Below are positions 34,794 to 46,289 of a DNA stretch of 64,000 nucleotides, one piece after another. A program made the translations under genes and the position numbers. Each line of letters begins with the position of its first letter. The first letter of the stretch is position 1. The notes beneath the pieces are model-generated. The model had not been told where the DNA came from and searched no databases. It was given only the letters and a program-made list of their open reading frames with translations. The DNA is taken from NCBI GenBank assembly GCA_002862095.1, contig PHSQ01000004.1, forward strand, positions 56,261-120,260, given 5' to 3'. This DNA comes from Methylocystis sp. KS32. Its GTDB lineage: Bacteria > Pseudomonadota > Alphaproteobacteria > Rhizobiales > Beijerinckiaceae.

Positions 34794-35795
34794 CTACTTT
34801 GTCGCGCTTTCAACCCCGGTCGAACGACGCAATTGCTCCACGGCATGGGAAACCAGAGCAGGGTGGGCTTTGAAAGGGCCGATTTCGACGGCCGCCATAT
34901 TGGCCATGACCTTGGGGAGATTTTCCGTTGGCCGTCCTGCGGGGTCGAAGAGGGTTAAATCCTGATCCGGTCCGCTGGCGACGCCTTCGGCGATATGCTC
35001 GGCGTAATTATTGATACGCATCAACTCGCTCGGGCAATCGGCTATCGGCCTCCGCGGTGGGCCGCCGACCAGAAAACCACTCGGCGCTGCTAACTGCTTA
35101 TGGGGCGGCTCTCCCATGCCTGGGGCGATCGCGGGCGCGAGCGCCAGATTGAGCGCGGCGCTCCCTTCGGTCGGTCGGACGCGACTTTTGGGCGGAAACT
35201 CGCCGCGCCCATGTGCCGCGAGCCAACGCGCTCGAAGCGTGTTAGCGAGACCATGCGGCGCGAGACCCATGGGGATGGGCCGTTGGGGCAGCATCCGGGC
35301 AAGTCCGGCGGGAGACGTCAATGGCTTCGCGGAAAGGGCGGCGGACGCCTCATAGCATTGCGACGGGGCCCAGCGCGAGGCAATCTCGCGCGCGGTATGA
35401 CGTTTATAATCAATATAATAGCGTCTAAGCAGGAGAGCCGCCACGGCGGCTCCGTCCTCCGCCCTCGAAAATGCGACATGGCCGTCCGGGTCCGCGGCTA
35501 TTTCTCCATACCAGCCCGCGTGCTTCACGCACCAATAGTTATTGAGTTTGACGCAGCGGGGAGGTGAGCCCGTCTCGGCTCCCACAACCTGACGCAGCGC
35601 GCTAATCGCGGGGATATCCAGCGAAAACGCGCTTTCTATTCGCCAATTGCCGACGGCCCGCTCGTCGGCCGAATAAGTCGTGGCCGCCGGCGCCGCCAAC
35701 TGTCCGGCTGCAAGGCGAGCATCCGGAGCCCCTCTGGGAGCCAAAAGCGTCAGCATGACCAGTAGCGATTCGAGCACCATTTGCGCCGCTCGCAA
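34794..35795 (-). CDS. Exported hypothetical protein with phage P5/lysozyme-like motifs
   Basis: Hydrophobic N-terminus; KLNNYWCVK..FSRAEDGAAVAALLLRRY..TAREIASRWAP; later NNYAEHIAEGVASGPDQDLTL. Confidence 0.65.
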   Translation of the reverse strand: MRAAQMVLESLLVMLTLLAPRGAPDARLAAGQLAAPAATTYSADERAVGNWRIESAFSLDIPAISALRQVVGAETGSPPRCVKLNNYWCVKHAGWYGEIAADPDGHVAFSRAEDGAAVAALLLRRYYIDYKRHTAREIASRWAPSQCYEASAALSAKPLTSPAGLARMLPQRPIPMGLAPHGLANTLRARWLAAHGRGEFPPKSRVRPTEGSAALNLALAPAIAPGMGEPPHKQLAAPSGFLVGGPPRRPIADCPSELMRINNYAEHIAEGVASGPDQDLTLFDPAGRPTENLPKVMANMAAVEIGPFKAHPALVSHAVEQLRRSTGVESATK

Positions 35796-35807
35796 TATAG
35801 GCCGTCT

Positions 35808-36341
35808 TCAGTCCGCCACTCCGTCGTCTCCGCGCAAGTCTCCGGGAGTCACAAAGCGCTTGAGATGAGCCGCGCCCTTGTCGACGCTCGCCCAGCCGCC
35901 GTTTGCGAAGTCCAGTATGGCCAGCCCGGCGGTGGGAAATTTCATCTGCATTCGCGTCATATCCTCGGGAGGGCCGGAACCGGCCAAGGAGCAGGCAAGT
36001 TCGGAAAAGCCCGGATTGTGGCCCACGACCAGTAATGTAGCGATTTTGTCCGGGGCTTGTCTCAGGATATCGAGCAAATGATCGACCGGGGCAAGATAGA
36101 TTGAATTTTCAATTAAATGGGTCACATGGCCCGGGAAGGCTTCGAGCACCGCGTTCAATGTTTGTTTGGCGCGTCTCGCATTCGAGGCGACCGCGAGTTC
36201 GGGCGTCAGGCCGGCTCCGGCGAGAAATTCCCCGACGCGGCGCGCGTCTTCCAGCCCGCGCCGCGTGAGCGGGCGTTCCCTGTCGCCCCCGGCGGAATGT
36301 CTGTCGGCTTTGCCGTGTCGAAGGAGAAGAAGTCTGCGCAT
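35808..36341 (-). CDS. SixA-like histidine phosphatase
   Basis: LLLRHGKA, R.LT..G, SNARRAKQT, VVGHNPG. Confidence 0.9.
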   Translation of the reverse strand: MRRLLLLRHGKADRHSAGGDRERPLTRRGLEDARRVGEFLAGAGLTPELAVASNARRAKQTLNAVLEAFPGHVTHLIENSIYLAPVDHLLDILRQAPDKIATLLVVGHNPGFSELACSLAGSGPPEDMTRMQMKFPTAGLAILDFANGGWASVDKGAAHLKRFVTPGDLRGDDGVAD

Positions 36342-36470
36342 GAGTGGTGTTTAGCACGGCGATCGCGAGGCTCGAACCGGCCTGCCCGCGGCAAATTGCA
36401 CCAACGCAATCGCGACTGGACGCCAGCGCATTCAAAAGGCAAGCTCCGGCCCTCTGGCTGAGAGTCGATC

Positions 36471-38177
36471 ATGTTCCCTCACTCGAAACGAGTTGTTATG
36501 ACGGCGGGTCTGCTCGCCGCTTTTTTTTCGTCCGGCGCCTCCGACCCCGGAAATGTCGCCGTTGACGACATCGCCATTGATTTCAAGGACATTTCTGTTC
36601 GGATTCCGCGGCTCGTGGCGGAGGGAACGCCGCTGACGGCGAGGGAAATCGCGGGAGTTTTCAAGGCCGGCGACGTCCAGTCGCTCGACGGGCGGCTGGC
36701 CCGTTTCTCCGCCTCGAGTTTGTCGATCCCCGAAATTCGCATCCAGTTCCAATCGGGGGGCCGCGAGACAAAGCTGGTTTATCGGGACGTGTCATTCGAA
36801 AATATAGTCGCAGGCCAGGCCGGCGCGATGCGCGCCGCGGCGCTGGATGAAGTCTTGAGCGGCGCGGGCGGCGGCCCAACCGAGGCTCACTTCTCTGGAA
36901 TCGTGGTGAAAAACGTGGACCTGCGCCAAATCGCGCATGTGGCCTTGACGCCACGAACAGACCAAAAGGAAACGCCCAAACCCCTTGAGGCGGAGGCGTC
37001 GATCGAGAGCGGCTCCGTCATTTTTCCAGACGCCGATTTAAGCCTTCGCTTCGGCAGGGTGAGCGCCGCAGGATTGCGGGCTCGGGCGCTGGCGGAGCCG
37101 CCCCTGCGTCTTATGGAAACGCCGTCTACGGAGCAAAGCGACGCTAGCGTGGAACTCGGGACGGCGACGGCGTTAACGGTGGTGGACGCGCTCGGCTCGT
37201 TCGAAGCGGGGACTTTGGAGGCGCGCGACCTATCTTTGTCGGGGTTGTCGGCGCCAGAGAAGAAGCCCTTCCGGGTGACGATCGGTTCGGCGGCCCTGAC
37301 CCGGCTCGCAAACGGCGCCTCCGAAGAGGGGAAGATCTGGAACTTTTCCTTGGACAGCGCCGATGGCGGCCATGTCGCTTTCCGTTATCTCGCCGCGCAG
37401 GGGCTAGACCTCGCCAAACTTCTCGCGCCGGGCGAGAGGAGGCTGTGGATGTTCAAGAGTGCGCAAATCGCCGATCTCTCGGCGGATTTGCCCGACTCCT
37501 CGACCGATGGGCGAATGATTTTCAAAATTGGCGCGTTCGAAACGGAACTCGGCAATTTTCACGAAGGCTTGCCTACCAAGGTCATGGCGCGGGTGGATCA
37601 TTTCAACCTGGATATCGCGGCGCGCGGGGCAATTCCGACAACGGCGCAATTCATTGCGCTCGGATATAAGAACATCGAAATGTCCGGGAATTTGAACGCT
37701 GATTGGCGCGACCAGAGCCAGGAAGCGGCGATCGAGGCGATGCGCATTGTGGCCAAGGACATGGGCAGCATTGAGCTGGCGGCGACCTTTGGAAATGTCT
37801 CCGGCTCGGTGTTCTCGCCAAGTCCGTTCATATCTAGAAGCGCGATGCTGGGGATGAGCTTCAAGAGTCTTGAAGCGACGCTCGAGGGAAGGGATTTGAT
37901 CGAGCGGCTTTTGGCGCAGGAGGCGAAAGCGAGCGGCGCGGACGTGGCTAAGCTGCGCAAAGCCTATGCGCGCGACGCCGCAGCCATGATCTCGGCGCGG
38001 CTGGACAATGGCGACAAGGCGCGCCGCCTCGCCGACGCGGCCGGGAAGTTCATCGAAGGCGCGAAAAAGCTGCGCGTCAAATTGATCGCTCCACGCGGAG
38101 TCGGCGCGCTGGAGCCGCTGTTTAAAAAGCCCGGCGACCTCCTGAACCAAATGGAGGTCGAGGCGGTCGCGGAATAG
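36471..38177 (+). CDS. Exported hypothetical protein (568 aa)
   Basis: Long ORF with host codon usage, signal-like N-terminus and beta-rich repeats; no family recognised. Confidence 0.75.
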   Translation: MFPHSKRVVMTAGLLAAFFSSGASDPGNVAVDDIAIDFKDISVRIPRLVAEGTPLTAREIAGVFKAGDVQSLDGRLARFSASSLSIPEIRIQFQSGGRETKLVYRDVSFENIVAGQAGAMRAAALDEVLSGAGGGPTEAHFSGIVVKNVDLRQIAHVALTPRTDQKETPKPLEAEASIESGSVIFPDADLSLRFGRVSAAGLRARALAEPPLRLMETPSTEQSDASVELGTATALTVVDALGSFEAGTLEARDLSLSGLSAPEKKPFRVTIGSAALTRLANGASEEGKIWNFSLDSADGGHVAFRYLAAQGLDLAKLLAPGERRLWMFKSAQIADLSADLPDSSTDGRMIFKIGAFETELGNFHEGLPTKVMARVDHFNLDIAARGAIPTTAQFIALGYKNIEMSGNLNADWRDQSQEAAIEAMRIVAKDMGSIELAATFGNVSGSVFSPSPFISRSAMLGMSFKSLEATLEGRDLIERLLAQEAKASGADVAKLRKAYARDAAAMISARLDNGDKARRLADAAGKFIEGAKKLRVKLIAPRGVGALEPLFKKPGDLLNQMEVEAVAE

Positions 38178-38192
38178 CGAAAGTCGGCTGAA

Positions 38193-39512
38193 TCAGGCGG
38201 TCAGGCTTTTTGCCAGTTCATCGGTATGCGCATGCATTCTGCGCGCCATCTGATCGATCTCGCGGGCCATGGACACCATGGCTTCCACTCCTGCGCCGGT
38301 CTGCGCCATGGCGTTGGCGACCTGTTCGGCGTGCGCCGACATCGAGCTTGCGCTGTCGGCGGCGGAACGGACGCTGCGGGCGATATCTTTCGTCGCCGCG
38401 TCCTGCTCATGCACCGCGCTGGTGATGATCGCGGAAATCTGCTCCACTTCGGCGATTTTTCGCTTGATCCGTTCGATGGAAGCGACCGATTGGTCCGTTG
38501 CCGCCTGAATTTCGGAGATCTGGTCCGCGATGTCCTGCGTGGCCTTCCCCGTCTGCGTGGCCAGGCTCTTGACCTCCTGGGCGACCACGGCGAAACCGCG
38601 GCCGGCTTCGCCGGCGCGCGCAGCTTCGATCGTGGCGTTGAGGGCCAGAAGATTGGTCTGGGCGGCGATGCGCGAAATCAGATTGACGACGTCGCCCACC
38701 CGATTGGCGGCTGCCGCTAGACGAAGCATCTCCGCGCTCGATCCATTGGTTTCGGCGACGGCCTGACGAACGACGGCGGTCGACTCCACCGCCTGGCGGC
38801 TGATCTCGCCGATCGCGGTCAGAAGCTGCTCGGAGGCCGTGGCGACGGAGGCGACATCGCTCGCCGCCTGTAGCGAGGCCGTTCGCGCCACGTCGGAATC
38901 CGCGCGGGCGCGGCGTTCCTGCCCGATCATTTCCTCGGAGGACAGCGCCATTCTCTTGGTCATGTCGCCGAGTTTGGCCGTCGTGGCGGACAAATCGATC
39001 GAGTAGTGCTCGACCTTGTCGCGGATCGCGGCCTCGCGCCTCAGCCTTTCCTCGCGGTCGTCGCGCGCCTTGATTTCGGCCGTCAATTCATTGTTGGCGC
39101 GCACGGCGTCCCGTAACACCACGAGCGCCCGGGCGATGTCGCCAATTTCATCCCGCCGGTCGGTGAAGGCCACGGTCAGGCCGGTGTCCCCGGTGGCGAG
39201 GTCGCTCATCTGGCGAGCGATCGATTTTATCGGCGAGGCGATGGTGGCGTTCATGGTCGGGACCGACACGCCGAGAATGAGCACCGCAAGAAAAATCATG
39301 CCTACCGCCAATTCGGTCGATAATGTGCTCGCAGCCTGATAGGCATGGCCGATGAGCATCCCGGCTTGGCCCGCGCTCGCCGCGCTGGCGGCGGCGGCGA
39401 GATCTCGCACGTTCAGCACGCCGACATAGGCGGCCGCGCCCATGAAAAGCATGACCGTCAGAAAAAGCAGCTGGCGCAGCACCAGTCCGGCGCCGATTGA
39501 AATAGTGCGCAT
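38193..39512 (-). CDS. Methyl-accepting chemotaxis protein
   Basis: Two TM helices, HAMP ([12 protein letters not shown]), signalling hairpin [37 protein letters not shown]. Confidence 0.95.
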   Translation of the reverse strand: MRTISIGAGLVLRQLLFLTVMLFMGAAAYVGVLNVRDLAAAASAASAGQAGMLIGHAYQAASTLSTELAVGMIFLAVLILGVSVPTMNATIASPIKSIARQMSDLATGDTGLTVAFTDRRDEIGDIARALVVLRDAVRANNELTAEIKARDDREERLRREAAIRDKVEHYSIDLSATTAKLGDMTKRMALSSEEMIGQERRARADSDVARTASLQAASDVASVATASEQLLTAIGEISRQAVESTAVVRQAVAETNGSSAEMLRLAAAANRVGDVVNLISRIAAQTNLLALNATIEAARAGEAGRGFAVVAQEVKSLATQTGKATQDIADQISEIQAATDQSVASIERIKRKIAEVEQISAIITSAVHEQDAATKDIARSVRSAADSASSMSAHAEQVANAMAQTGAGVEAMVSMAREIDQMARRMHAHTDELAKSLTA

Positions 39513-39550
39513 AAGGGGCGTCCGATCAGTAATTTTTCTTCCCGCTTCTT

Positions 39551-39581
39551 TTAAAACGCTTTTAATTCATGCTTGGTTAAC
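39551..39581. promoter_or_regulatory. CtrA-type boxes upstream of MCP
   Basis: TTAA-AACGCTT-TTAA (39551-65) and near match TTCA-TGCTTGG-TTAAC (39566-81); the CtrA consensus is TTAA-N7-TTAA. Confidence 0.6.
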
Positions 39582-39700
39582 GCCTGCGGATCGCGGGGGG
39601 CGCCGCCAACGCTTCTCACCGCCGCAAAAAGGCGTTAGGTCCAAAACGGGCTTAAATTCCGCGAGTCGGGCTGATTTGCGGCCGAGGACGAGGAGGCAAT

Positions 39701-40657
39701 ATGCTCGAAGTCGCTGTCCAGATGGACCCTTTGGAGAGGATCAATTTTGCGGGTGACTCGACCTTCGCCCTGATGCTCGAAGCCGCGCGGCGGGGTCATC
39801 GCCTCTGGTTCTACACCCCAGACCATCTTTCTCTCGAAGGCGGAACGCTTTCCGCCAGGGCGCGGGAAATCGAGGTCCGGGATGAACCGGGCCGATACTA
39901 CGAGCTTGGGGAGTCGCGAATTCTCGATCTCGCCGAAGCGGACGTCGTCCTTTTGCGGCAAGACCCTCCGTTCGATCTCGCCTATATCACCTCCACGCAT
40001 TTTCTCGAACGGATCGGACCCAAAACCTTAGTCGTCAACGACCCGGCTCATGTGCGCAACGCGCCAGAGAAGCTTTTTGTCATGGAGTTTTCCGATTTGA
40101 TGCCGGCAACGCTCGTGACGCGAAGCCGGGAGGCGATAGAACGCTTTCGTGCGACTCACGGAGCCGTTGTGATGAAGCCGCTCTATGGGCATGGCGGCGC
40201 GAGCGTTTTCAAGGTGTCCGAGCGCGATCCCAATTTCGGGTCGTTGTTCGATCTCTTTTCCGTCACCTTCAGGGAGCCCTGGGTCGTGCAAAAGTTTTTG
40301 CCGCGGGTGGTCGAGGGCGACAAGCGAATTCTCCTCGTCGACGGCGAACCGCTTGGCGCCGTCAATCGCGTTCCTGCGCAAGACGACATTCGCTCCAATA
40401 TGGTGCGCGGCGGCGCCGCCGCGGCGACCGACCTCACCGACCGGGAGCGGGAAATCTGCGCGAAGCTCGGCCCGCAATTGAAGCAGCGCGGGCTTTTGCT
40501 TGTGGGCATTGACGTGATCGACGGCTTCTTGACAGAAATCAATGTGACGTCGCCAACCGGTCTGCGCGCTTTGACGCGCATAGGCGGCCCCGATCTCGCC
40601 CCCGCCGTTCTCGATGTTATCGAAAGGCGATTGAGCGCGATGCGGGCAGGGAGTTGA
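39701..40657 (+). CDS. gshB: Glutathione synthetase
   Basis: [45 protein letters not shown]. Confidence 0.96.
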   Translation: MLEVAVQMDPLERINFAGDSTFALMLEAARRGHRLWFYTPDHLSLEGGTLSARAREIEVRDEPGRYYELGESRILDLAEADVVLLRQDPPFDLAYITSTHFLERIGPKTLVVNDPAHVRNAPEKLFVMEFSDLMPATLVTRSREAIERFRATHGAVVMKPLYGHGGASVFKVSERDPNFGSLFDLFSVTFREPWVVQKFLPRVVEGDKRILLVDGEPLGAVNRVPAQDDIRSNMVRGGAAAATDLTDREREICAKLGPQLKQRGLLLVGIDVIDGFLTEINVTSPTGLRALTRIGGPDLAPAVLDVIERRLSAMRAGS

Positions 40658-43545
40658 ACAAGCCAATGGATGCGCAATCAAAGATTCAGCTCCGTGTTTT
40701 CTTGAAGCAGAACAGCGGATCTCCAACCCTTGCCGGGTTGCGGGAGGAGTTGGCGGAGCGGATCGCAACCTTGTGCGAGGCGGCGCCGAAGCCCGAGGCG
40801 ACCCGCGCGGAAGTGTTGGAGTTGCTGCGCGCGGCGTTGGATCAAGGGCGCGCCTTGGCCAGAGCCGAGCTAGAGGCTGGGGGAAAGGGGCTGGCCTGCG
40901 CGCGATTTTTAAGCCAGCTCGAAGACGAATTGATTCGGGCCAGTTACGACTATGTGGTCCGTTACGTTTATGTCGCCGAGAAGCCGACGCTGAGCGAACG
41001 GCTCACCATCGTCGCCGTTGGGGGCTATGGACGCGGCGCCCTGGCGCCCGGTTCGGATATCGATCTCTTGTTCTTGCTGCCCTATAAGCAAACTCCCTGG
41101 GGCGAGAGCGTCGTCGAGGCGATTCTCTATATTTTGTGGGATCTTCGCCAGAAAGTAGGGCATTCGACGCGCTCTGTCGCCGAGTGTCTGCGTCAGGCCA
41201 AGGCGGATATGACCATTCGCACAACGTTGCTCGAGGCGAGATTCATCCTTGGCAGCGAGGAGTTGTTCGCGGAACTGATCGAGAGCTTTGATCGCGAGAT
41301 CGTTCGTGTCGATGTGCGGGAATTCGTCACCGCGAAACTCGACGAGCGAAACGCTCGCGTTCAAAGGGCCGGCGCCTCGCGCTATCTTGTCGAGCCCAAC
41401 GTCAAGGAAGGAAAGGGCGGGCTTCGCGACCTGCATACTTTGTTCTGGATCGCGAAATATGTTTATCGCGTGCGCGAGGCGAAGGAGCTTATCGCCGCGG
41501 GATTGTTCACTTCAGCCGAATACAGTCTTTTCGAACGTTGCGACGAATATCTTTGGCGCGTGCGTTGCCACTTGCATTTTGCGACGGGTCGCGCGGAGGA
41601 ACGTCTTTCGTTCGACATCCAGCCGACGATGGCGGTCCGGTTGGGCTATCACGACCGCGGCGGACTCTCTCGGGTCGAGCGGTTTATGAAGCATTATTTT
41701 CTCGTCGCCAAGGACGTCGGCGATCTTACCGCCATTGTTTGCGCGGCTTTGGAGGAGCGTCAAGCAAAGCCGCGCGCAATGTTCGACCGCTTGATGGGGC
41801 GCTTGAAGCGGCGCCCAAAGAAGCAGCTTTCCGGCGATTTTGTCATCGAACATGACCGTGTGAGCGTGCATGACGAGGAGGCTTTCGCCCGTGATCCTGT
41901 CAACATCATTCGCCTTTTCTGGGCGGCGGACAGATTCGGCCTGCCGCTGCATCCGGACGCTTTGCGCGCGGTGACGCGGAATCTGCGCCGCATCGATTCC
42001 GAGCTGAGATCGAATCCTGAAGCCAATCGGCTGTTCCTGGAGCTTCTGCTTTCTCGCAATATGACGGAGACGGTGCTGCGGCGAATGAACGAAACCGGCG
42101 CGCTTGGCCGATTCATTCCCGATTTCGGGCGGATCGTCGCAATGATGCAATTCAATATGTATCATCATTATACGGTCGACGAGCATCTTCTTCGGGCCGT
42201 GGGCGCGCTCGTGGATCTGGAGGCCGGCCGCCGCCCCGAACACCAGCAGCTGGTCGCCGACATCTTGCCGACGATCGTCAATCGCAAGGTATTGTACCTC
42301 GGGCTGTTGCTGCACGACATCGCCAAGGGGCGGAAGGAAGACCATTCCGTGGCCGGAAAAAATGTCGCCCTGAGCCTGTGCCCGAGGCTCGGATTTGCGC
42401 CAGGCGAAACGGAAACGGTCGGCTGGCTGGTCGAACAGCATTTGCTGATGTCGAGCTTCGCGCAGAGCCGGGATCTGACGGATCCGCGCACAATAGAGAC
42501 TTTCGCAGCAGTGGTGCAGACCATTGAGCGCTTGAAGATGCTTTTCGTGCTCACCGTCTGCGACATAAGCGCGGTTGGCCCCGGCGTGCTCGACGCATGG
42601 AAATCGCAATTGCTGCGTGCGTTATATTGGGAGACCGAAGTCGTGCTTGGCGGCGGTCATTCGTCGGTTGACAGAAAGAGTCGCGTCGTCGCCTCCAAGG
42701 AACAAATGCGCGCGGCGCTGCAAACTCCCGGCGACAAAGGCCTTAGTCCGTGGATCGAGCAGCATTGGAGCGATGCGGAGTTTGAGGTTTACGCGCGGCG
42801 CCATTACCCCGCCTATTGGCTCAAGATGGACGTGAAGCACAAGCTCCGGCACGCCGAACTGATTCGCAACATCGCGGAATCTCGCGCGCCGCTGGCTGTC
42901 GCGGTCGACCTCGACGACGCCCGTGGAGCGGTAGAATTGACGGTCATCGCGCAGGATCACCGGCGTTTGCTTTCGACGATAGCCGGCGCTTGCGCGGCTT
43001 GCGGCGCGAATATCGTCGACGCCCATATTTTCACGACAGCCGACGGCTTGGCGCTCGACACAATCCTGTGTTCGAGGGCTTTCACGCTCGATGACGACGA
43101 ATTGCGGCGTGGCCGACGCATCGCGGATTTTCTGAAGAAGGCGCTGCGCGGCGATATCATCGTCTCCGAGGCCCTGGACGCCCGCAGCGGAAAGCTCCCA
43201 CAATCCTCGGCTTTTTCCGTCGCTCCGGAAGTCGTCATCGACAACAGCCTGTCAAACGACTGCACCGTCATCGAAGTTTCGGGGTTGGACAGGGAGGGTC
43301 TGCTTTTCGAGCTGACCAACGCCATCTCTCGGCTCAATCTCAATATCGTGTCGGCGCACATTACGACTTTTGGGGAGCGAGCCGTCGACGTTATGTATGT
43401 AAAGGATTTGACCGGCGAAAAAATCATCCTGCCGTCGCGTCAGGCGGCGATAAGAAGACAATTGCTGGAGATTTTCTCGAACGGCGGAGAGAAGCGCGCC
43501 TCGAGCCGCCTTTCGAAGTCATCCGAGGCGAGCGGTTCTAGATGA
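40654..43545 (+). CDS. glnD: [Protein-PII] uridylyltransferase/uridylyl-removing enzyme
   Basis: [42 protein letters not shown] motif LLHDIAKG, two ACT domains; alternative start at ATG 40666. Confidence 0.96.
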   Translation: MNKPMDAQSKIQLRVFLKQNSGSPTLAGLREELAERIATLCEAAPKPEATRAEVLELLRAALDQGRALARAELEAGGKGLACARFLSQLEDELIRASYDYVVRYVYVAEKPTLSERLTIVAVGGYGRGALAPGSDIDLLFLLPYKQTPWGESVVEAILYILWDLRQKVGHSTRSVAECLRQAKADMTIRTTLLEARFILGSEELFAELIESFDREIVRVDVREFVTAKLDERNARVQRAGASRYLVEPNVKEGKGGLRDLHTLFWIAKYVYRVREAKELIAAGLFTSAEYSLFERCDEYLWRVRCHLHFATGRAEERLSFDIQPTMAVRLGYHDRGGLSRVERFMKHYFLVAKDVGDLTAIVCAALEERQAKPRAMFDRLMGRLKRRPKKQLSGDFVIEHDRVSVHDEEAFARDPVNIIRLFWAADRFGLPLHPDALRAVTRNLRRIDSELRSNPEANRLFLELLLSRNMTETVLRRMNETGALGRFIPDFGRIVAMMQFNMYHHYTVDEHLLRAVGALVDLEAGRRPEHQQLVADILPTIVNRKVLYLGLLLHDIAKGRKEDHSVAGKNVALSLCPRLGFAPGETETVGWLVEQHLLMSSFAQSRDLTDPRTIETFAAVVQTIERLKMLFVLTVCDISAVGPGVLDAWKSQLLRALYWETEVVLGGGHSSVDRKSRVVASKEQMRAALQTPGDKGLSPWIEQHWSDAEFEVYARRHYPAYWLKMDVKHKLRHAELIRNIAESRAPLAVAVDLDDARGAVELTVIAQDHRRLLSTIAGACAACGANIVDAHIFTTADGLALDTILCSRAFTLDDDELRRGRRIADFLKKALRGDIIVSEALDARSGKLPQSSAFSVAPEVVIDNSLSNDCTVIEVSGLDREGLLFELTNAISRLNLNIVSAHITTFGERAVDVMYVKDLTGEKIILPSRQAAIRRQLLEIFSNGGEKRASSRLSKSSEASGSR

Positions 43546-43620
43546 GGAGTCTGGGACTAGCCGACTTGATTTATCTCGCGAGAGCTCTGATATCGGGGCA
43601 AAACGGAAATTGGACCAGAC

Positions 43621-44223
43621 ATGATCGAGCAAAATGACAACCAGACGTCCGAGGAGAAGCAGGCGTCCGCCGCTGCTACGAAACAGGAAGCGATAACCGC
43701 GCAGGCGCAAGCGGCCTCCGAGCCCAGCCTGGAGTCGGAACTCGCCGCGCTACGGGCGGAGCACGGCGCATTGAAGGACAGACTGCTGCGCGCTCTGGCG
43801 GAAATGGAAAACCTGCGTCGTCGTACCGAGAAAGAGGTGGCCGACGCTAAAGCCTATGGGATGACCAGTTTTGCAAGAGAGACGCTGGCGCTGGCCGATA
43901 ATCTGAGACGTGCGATCGACAGTTTTCCGGCCGAGGCGCGGGTTTCGATGGACGCGCATGTCAAATCGCTGCTGGAGGGTGTCGAACTCACGGAGCGAGA
44001 TTTCGCGTCCCGACTGGCGCGATTTGGGGTTAAGAAGATCGAGGCCGATGGCGGCCGCTTCGACCCCAATCTACATGAAGCGCTCTTTGAAATTCCAGAT
44101 GAAACCAAGCCCGCGGGATCGGTGGCGCAGGTTGTGGAGCCTGGTTACATGATCGGGGAGCGCGTGCTTCGTCCGGCCAAAGTGGGCGTGACGCGCGGGG
44201 GACCCAAGCCCGGTTCCGAATGA
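43621..44223 (+). CDS. grpE: Nucleotide exchange factor GrpE
   Basis: RALAEMENLRRR, FDPNLHEA, GYMIGERVLRPAKV. Confidence 0.96.
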   Translation: MIEQNDNQTSEEKQASAAATKQEAITAQAQAASEPSLESELAALRAEHGALKDRLLRALAEMENLRRRTEKEVADAKAYGMTSFARETLALADNLRRAIDSFPAEARVSMDAHVKSLLEGVELTERDFASRLARFGVKKIEADGGRFDPNLHEALFEIPDETKPAGSVAQVVEPGYMIGERVLRPAKVGVTRGGPKPGSE

Positions 44224-44507
44224 GGCCGGAGAAGCGGCGCCTTCACGGCGGCCAAGGCTTTGTCGGGTTGCGGGAAAGCGGAAGCCGATTTTTCTCGCAA
44301 AGCGCGCTCTAATTTGTTGAGATCGATCACGCCGCGTTGAGCCATTCCGCTCAAACCCGGCGTGATCTAGACCGCCTTACCAAAGTTTCATGCTGTCTCC
44401 ATTGGCATGCAAGGGGTCATAACCCATCTTCAATCCCATAAGGCGTGCGCTAAACGCCGGATCGGCCGCCGCGAGGGCGGCGCACCTTCTTATGGAGATG
44501 AAGCTTC

Positions 44508-46052
44508 ATGTGGAATTCCGCTTTCACCGACCATAAACGCCGTCCGCTTACGGACCAGGCGGCGAGCCCCAAGAGCGCGCGGCGCCGTTCTACCAAAGCG
44601 GCTTTGTTGGGCGCGGCGGCTTGGATCGCGGTGGTGGGCGCCGTCATGGCCGGGGATCCCGCTGGCGTCGCCCGCGCGGAGGCCCCGCTCTCTCAGATCA
44701 ATGCGCCGCCGTCGGGTCCGGCCTCTTTCGCCGATCTGGTGGCGAGGGTCAAAGGCGCGGTGGTCGCCATCAAGGTGAAATCCGTGGAGCCCGGCGTCGG
44801 CCTGGAGGGCGGGGAAATGCCGGAGCTCGCTCCCGACGATCCACTATATTACTTCTTCAAGCGCTTCGGCGAAGCGCCGGGCGGCCGCCAGCAAAAGCGC
44901 GTGACAATGTCGCAGGGTTCGGGGTTTATCATCAGCCCTGACGGCTATGTGGTGACAAACAACCACGTGGTCGACCGAGCGAGCGACGTGGAGGTCACGC
45001 TCGATAGCGGCAAGACCTTGCCGGCTAAAGTCATCGGCGTCGACAAGCGGAGCGATCTCGCGCTCCTGAAAATCAATGACGGAGCCAATCTCCCCTATGT
45101 GGAATGGTCAAACACGGCTCCGCGCGTGGGGGATTGGGTGATTGCGGTGGGCAACCCCTTTGGCCTCGGCGGCACCGTCACGGCGGGGATTGTGTCCGCG
45201 CGAGGCCGGGATATCGGCGCCGGTCCCTACGACGACTTTCTGCAAATCGACGCGCCGGTGAACCGCGGCAATTCCGGTGGACCGGCCTTTGACAGTCACG
45301 GAGGCGTGATTGGCGTCAATACGGCGATCTACTCCCCGTCGGGAGGTTCGGTCGGCATCGGTTTCGCCATCCCGACCGAAGTCGCCAAGGACGTCATCGT
45401 CGCTCTGAAGGAAAAAGGCGCGGTGACGCGCGGCTGGATTGGCGTCCAAATTCAGCCGGTGACGGATGAGATAGCCGAGAGCCTCGGCCTGAAATCGACG
45501 AAAGGCGCCCTCGTTGCGCAGCCCGCCAAAGGCGGTCCCGCCGAAAGCGCAGGGCTGAAATCTGGCGACGTCATCATTGGGGTCGACGGAGAAAAAATCG
45601 AAGGCCCCCGAGAATTGTCGCGCAAGATCGCCGCGGCGGGACCGGGGAAGACCGTGGACATCACCTATTATCGAAACGGCGCGGAGAAAAACGTCAAGCT
45701 GAAACTTGGGACGCTGCCCAACGAGAAGGAAGCGCGCGCGGACTTCGAAAGCGAAGACAAAGCCGGCTTGCTCGGGGGGCTTGGCCTGGAGGTGACTCCC
45801 TTGTCCAAGGTGCGACCCGGCGCCGGCGAGGGGCTGTTCGTCACCGATGTGGATCCGGATGGCGCCGCCGCGCAAAAGGGATTGCGCCGAGGCGATATAA
45901 TCCTGGAGGCCGGCGGACAGGGCGTCGGCGACAGGAAGGATTTGTTGGCCGCGATCGAAGCCGCGCGTAAAGAGGGGCGGCGTTCGGTCCTGCTTCGGGT
46001 GAAATCGTCGGAGGGAACCCGTTTCGTGGCGCTGCCCGTCGGGGCTTCTTGA
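44508..46052 (+). CDS. degP: Do/DegP family serine endopeptidase with two PDZ domains
   Basis: GSGFII, TNNHVV, DLALLK, NRGNSGGP; signal region. Confidence 0.9.
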   Translation: MWNSAFTDHKRRPLTDQAASPKSARRRSTKAALLGAAAWIAVVGAVMAGDPAGVARAEAPLSQINAPPSGPASFADLVARVKGAVVAIKVKSVEPGVGLEGGEMPELAPDDPLYYFFKRFGEAPGGRQQKRVTMSQGSGFIISPDGYVVTNNHVVDRASDVEVTLDSGKTLPAKVIGVDKRSDLALLKINDGANLPYVEWSNTAPRVGDWVIAVGNPFGLGGTVTAGIVSARGRDIGAGPYDDFLQIDAPVNRGNSGGPAFDSHGGVIGVNTAIYSPSGGSVGIGFAIPTEVAKDVIVALKEKGAVTRGWIGVQIQPVTDEIAESLGLKSTKGALVAQPAKGGPAESAGLKSGDVIIGVDGEKIEGPRELSRKIAAAGPGKTVDITYYRNGAEKNVKLKLGTLPNEKEARADFESEDKAGLLGGLGLEVTPLSKVRPGAGEGLFVTDVDPDGAAAQKGLRRGDIILEAGGQGVGDRKDLLAAIEAARKEGRRSVLLRVKSSEGTRFVALPVGAS

Positions 46053-46289
46053 GGAACTCATAACAGATTCCTTGCTCGATCCAGCTATCCTTCGAAACTG
46101 GAATGAGGCTGCGGCCTCCCCTCCTAAATTCCGCGGTCTCCGAGCAGGAAAAGCGCCGAAGTTTAAGGCCCTTCAAGCTCGGCGCGTCGGCGGCCGGCTT
46201 CCCGCGAGCCGGCCGCCCTTTCTTCGAGTATAATAGAAAGCGGCTTTCAAAAATTTCGACCCTTTTCGAAGTCAGAGCGAAAGAACTGT

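Noticed and set aside
44145-44354. 69-aa minus-strand ORF between grpE and degP
   Set aside because: Overlaps the grpE 3' end, has no motif and a weak start context; cannot be supported.
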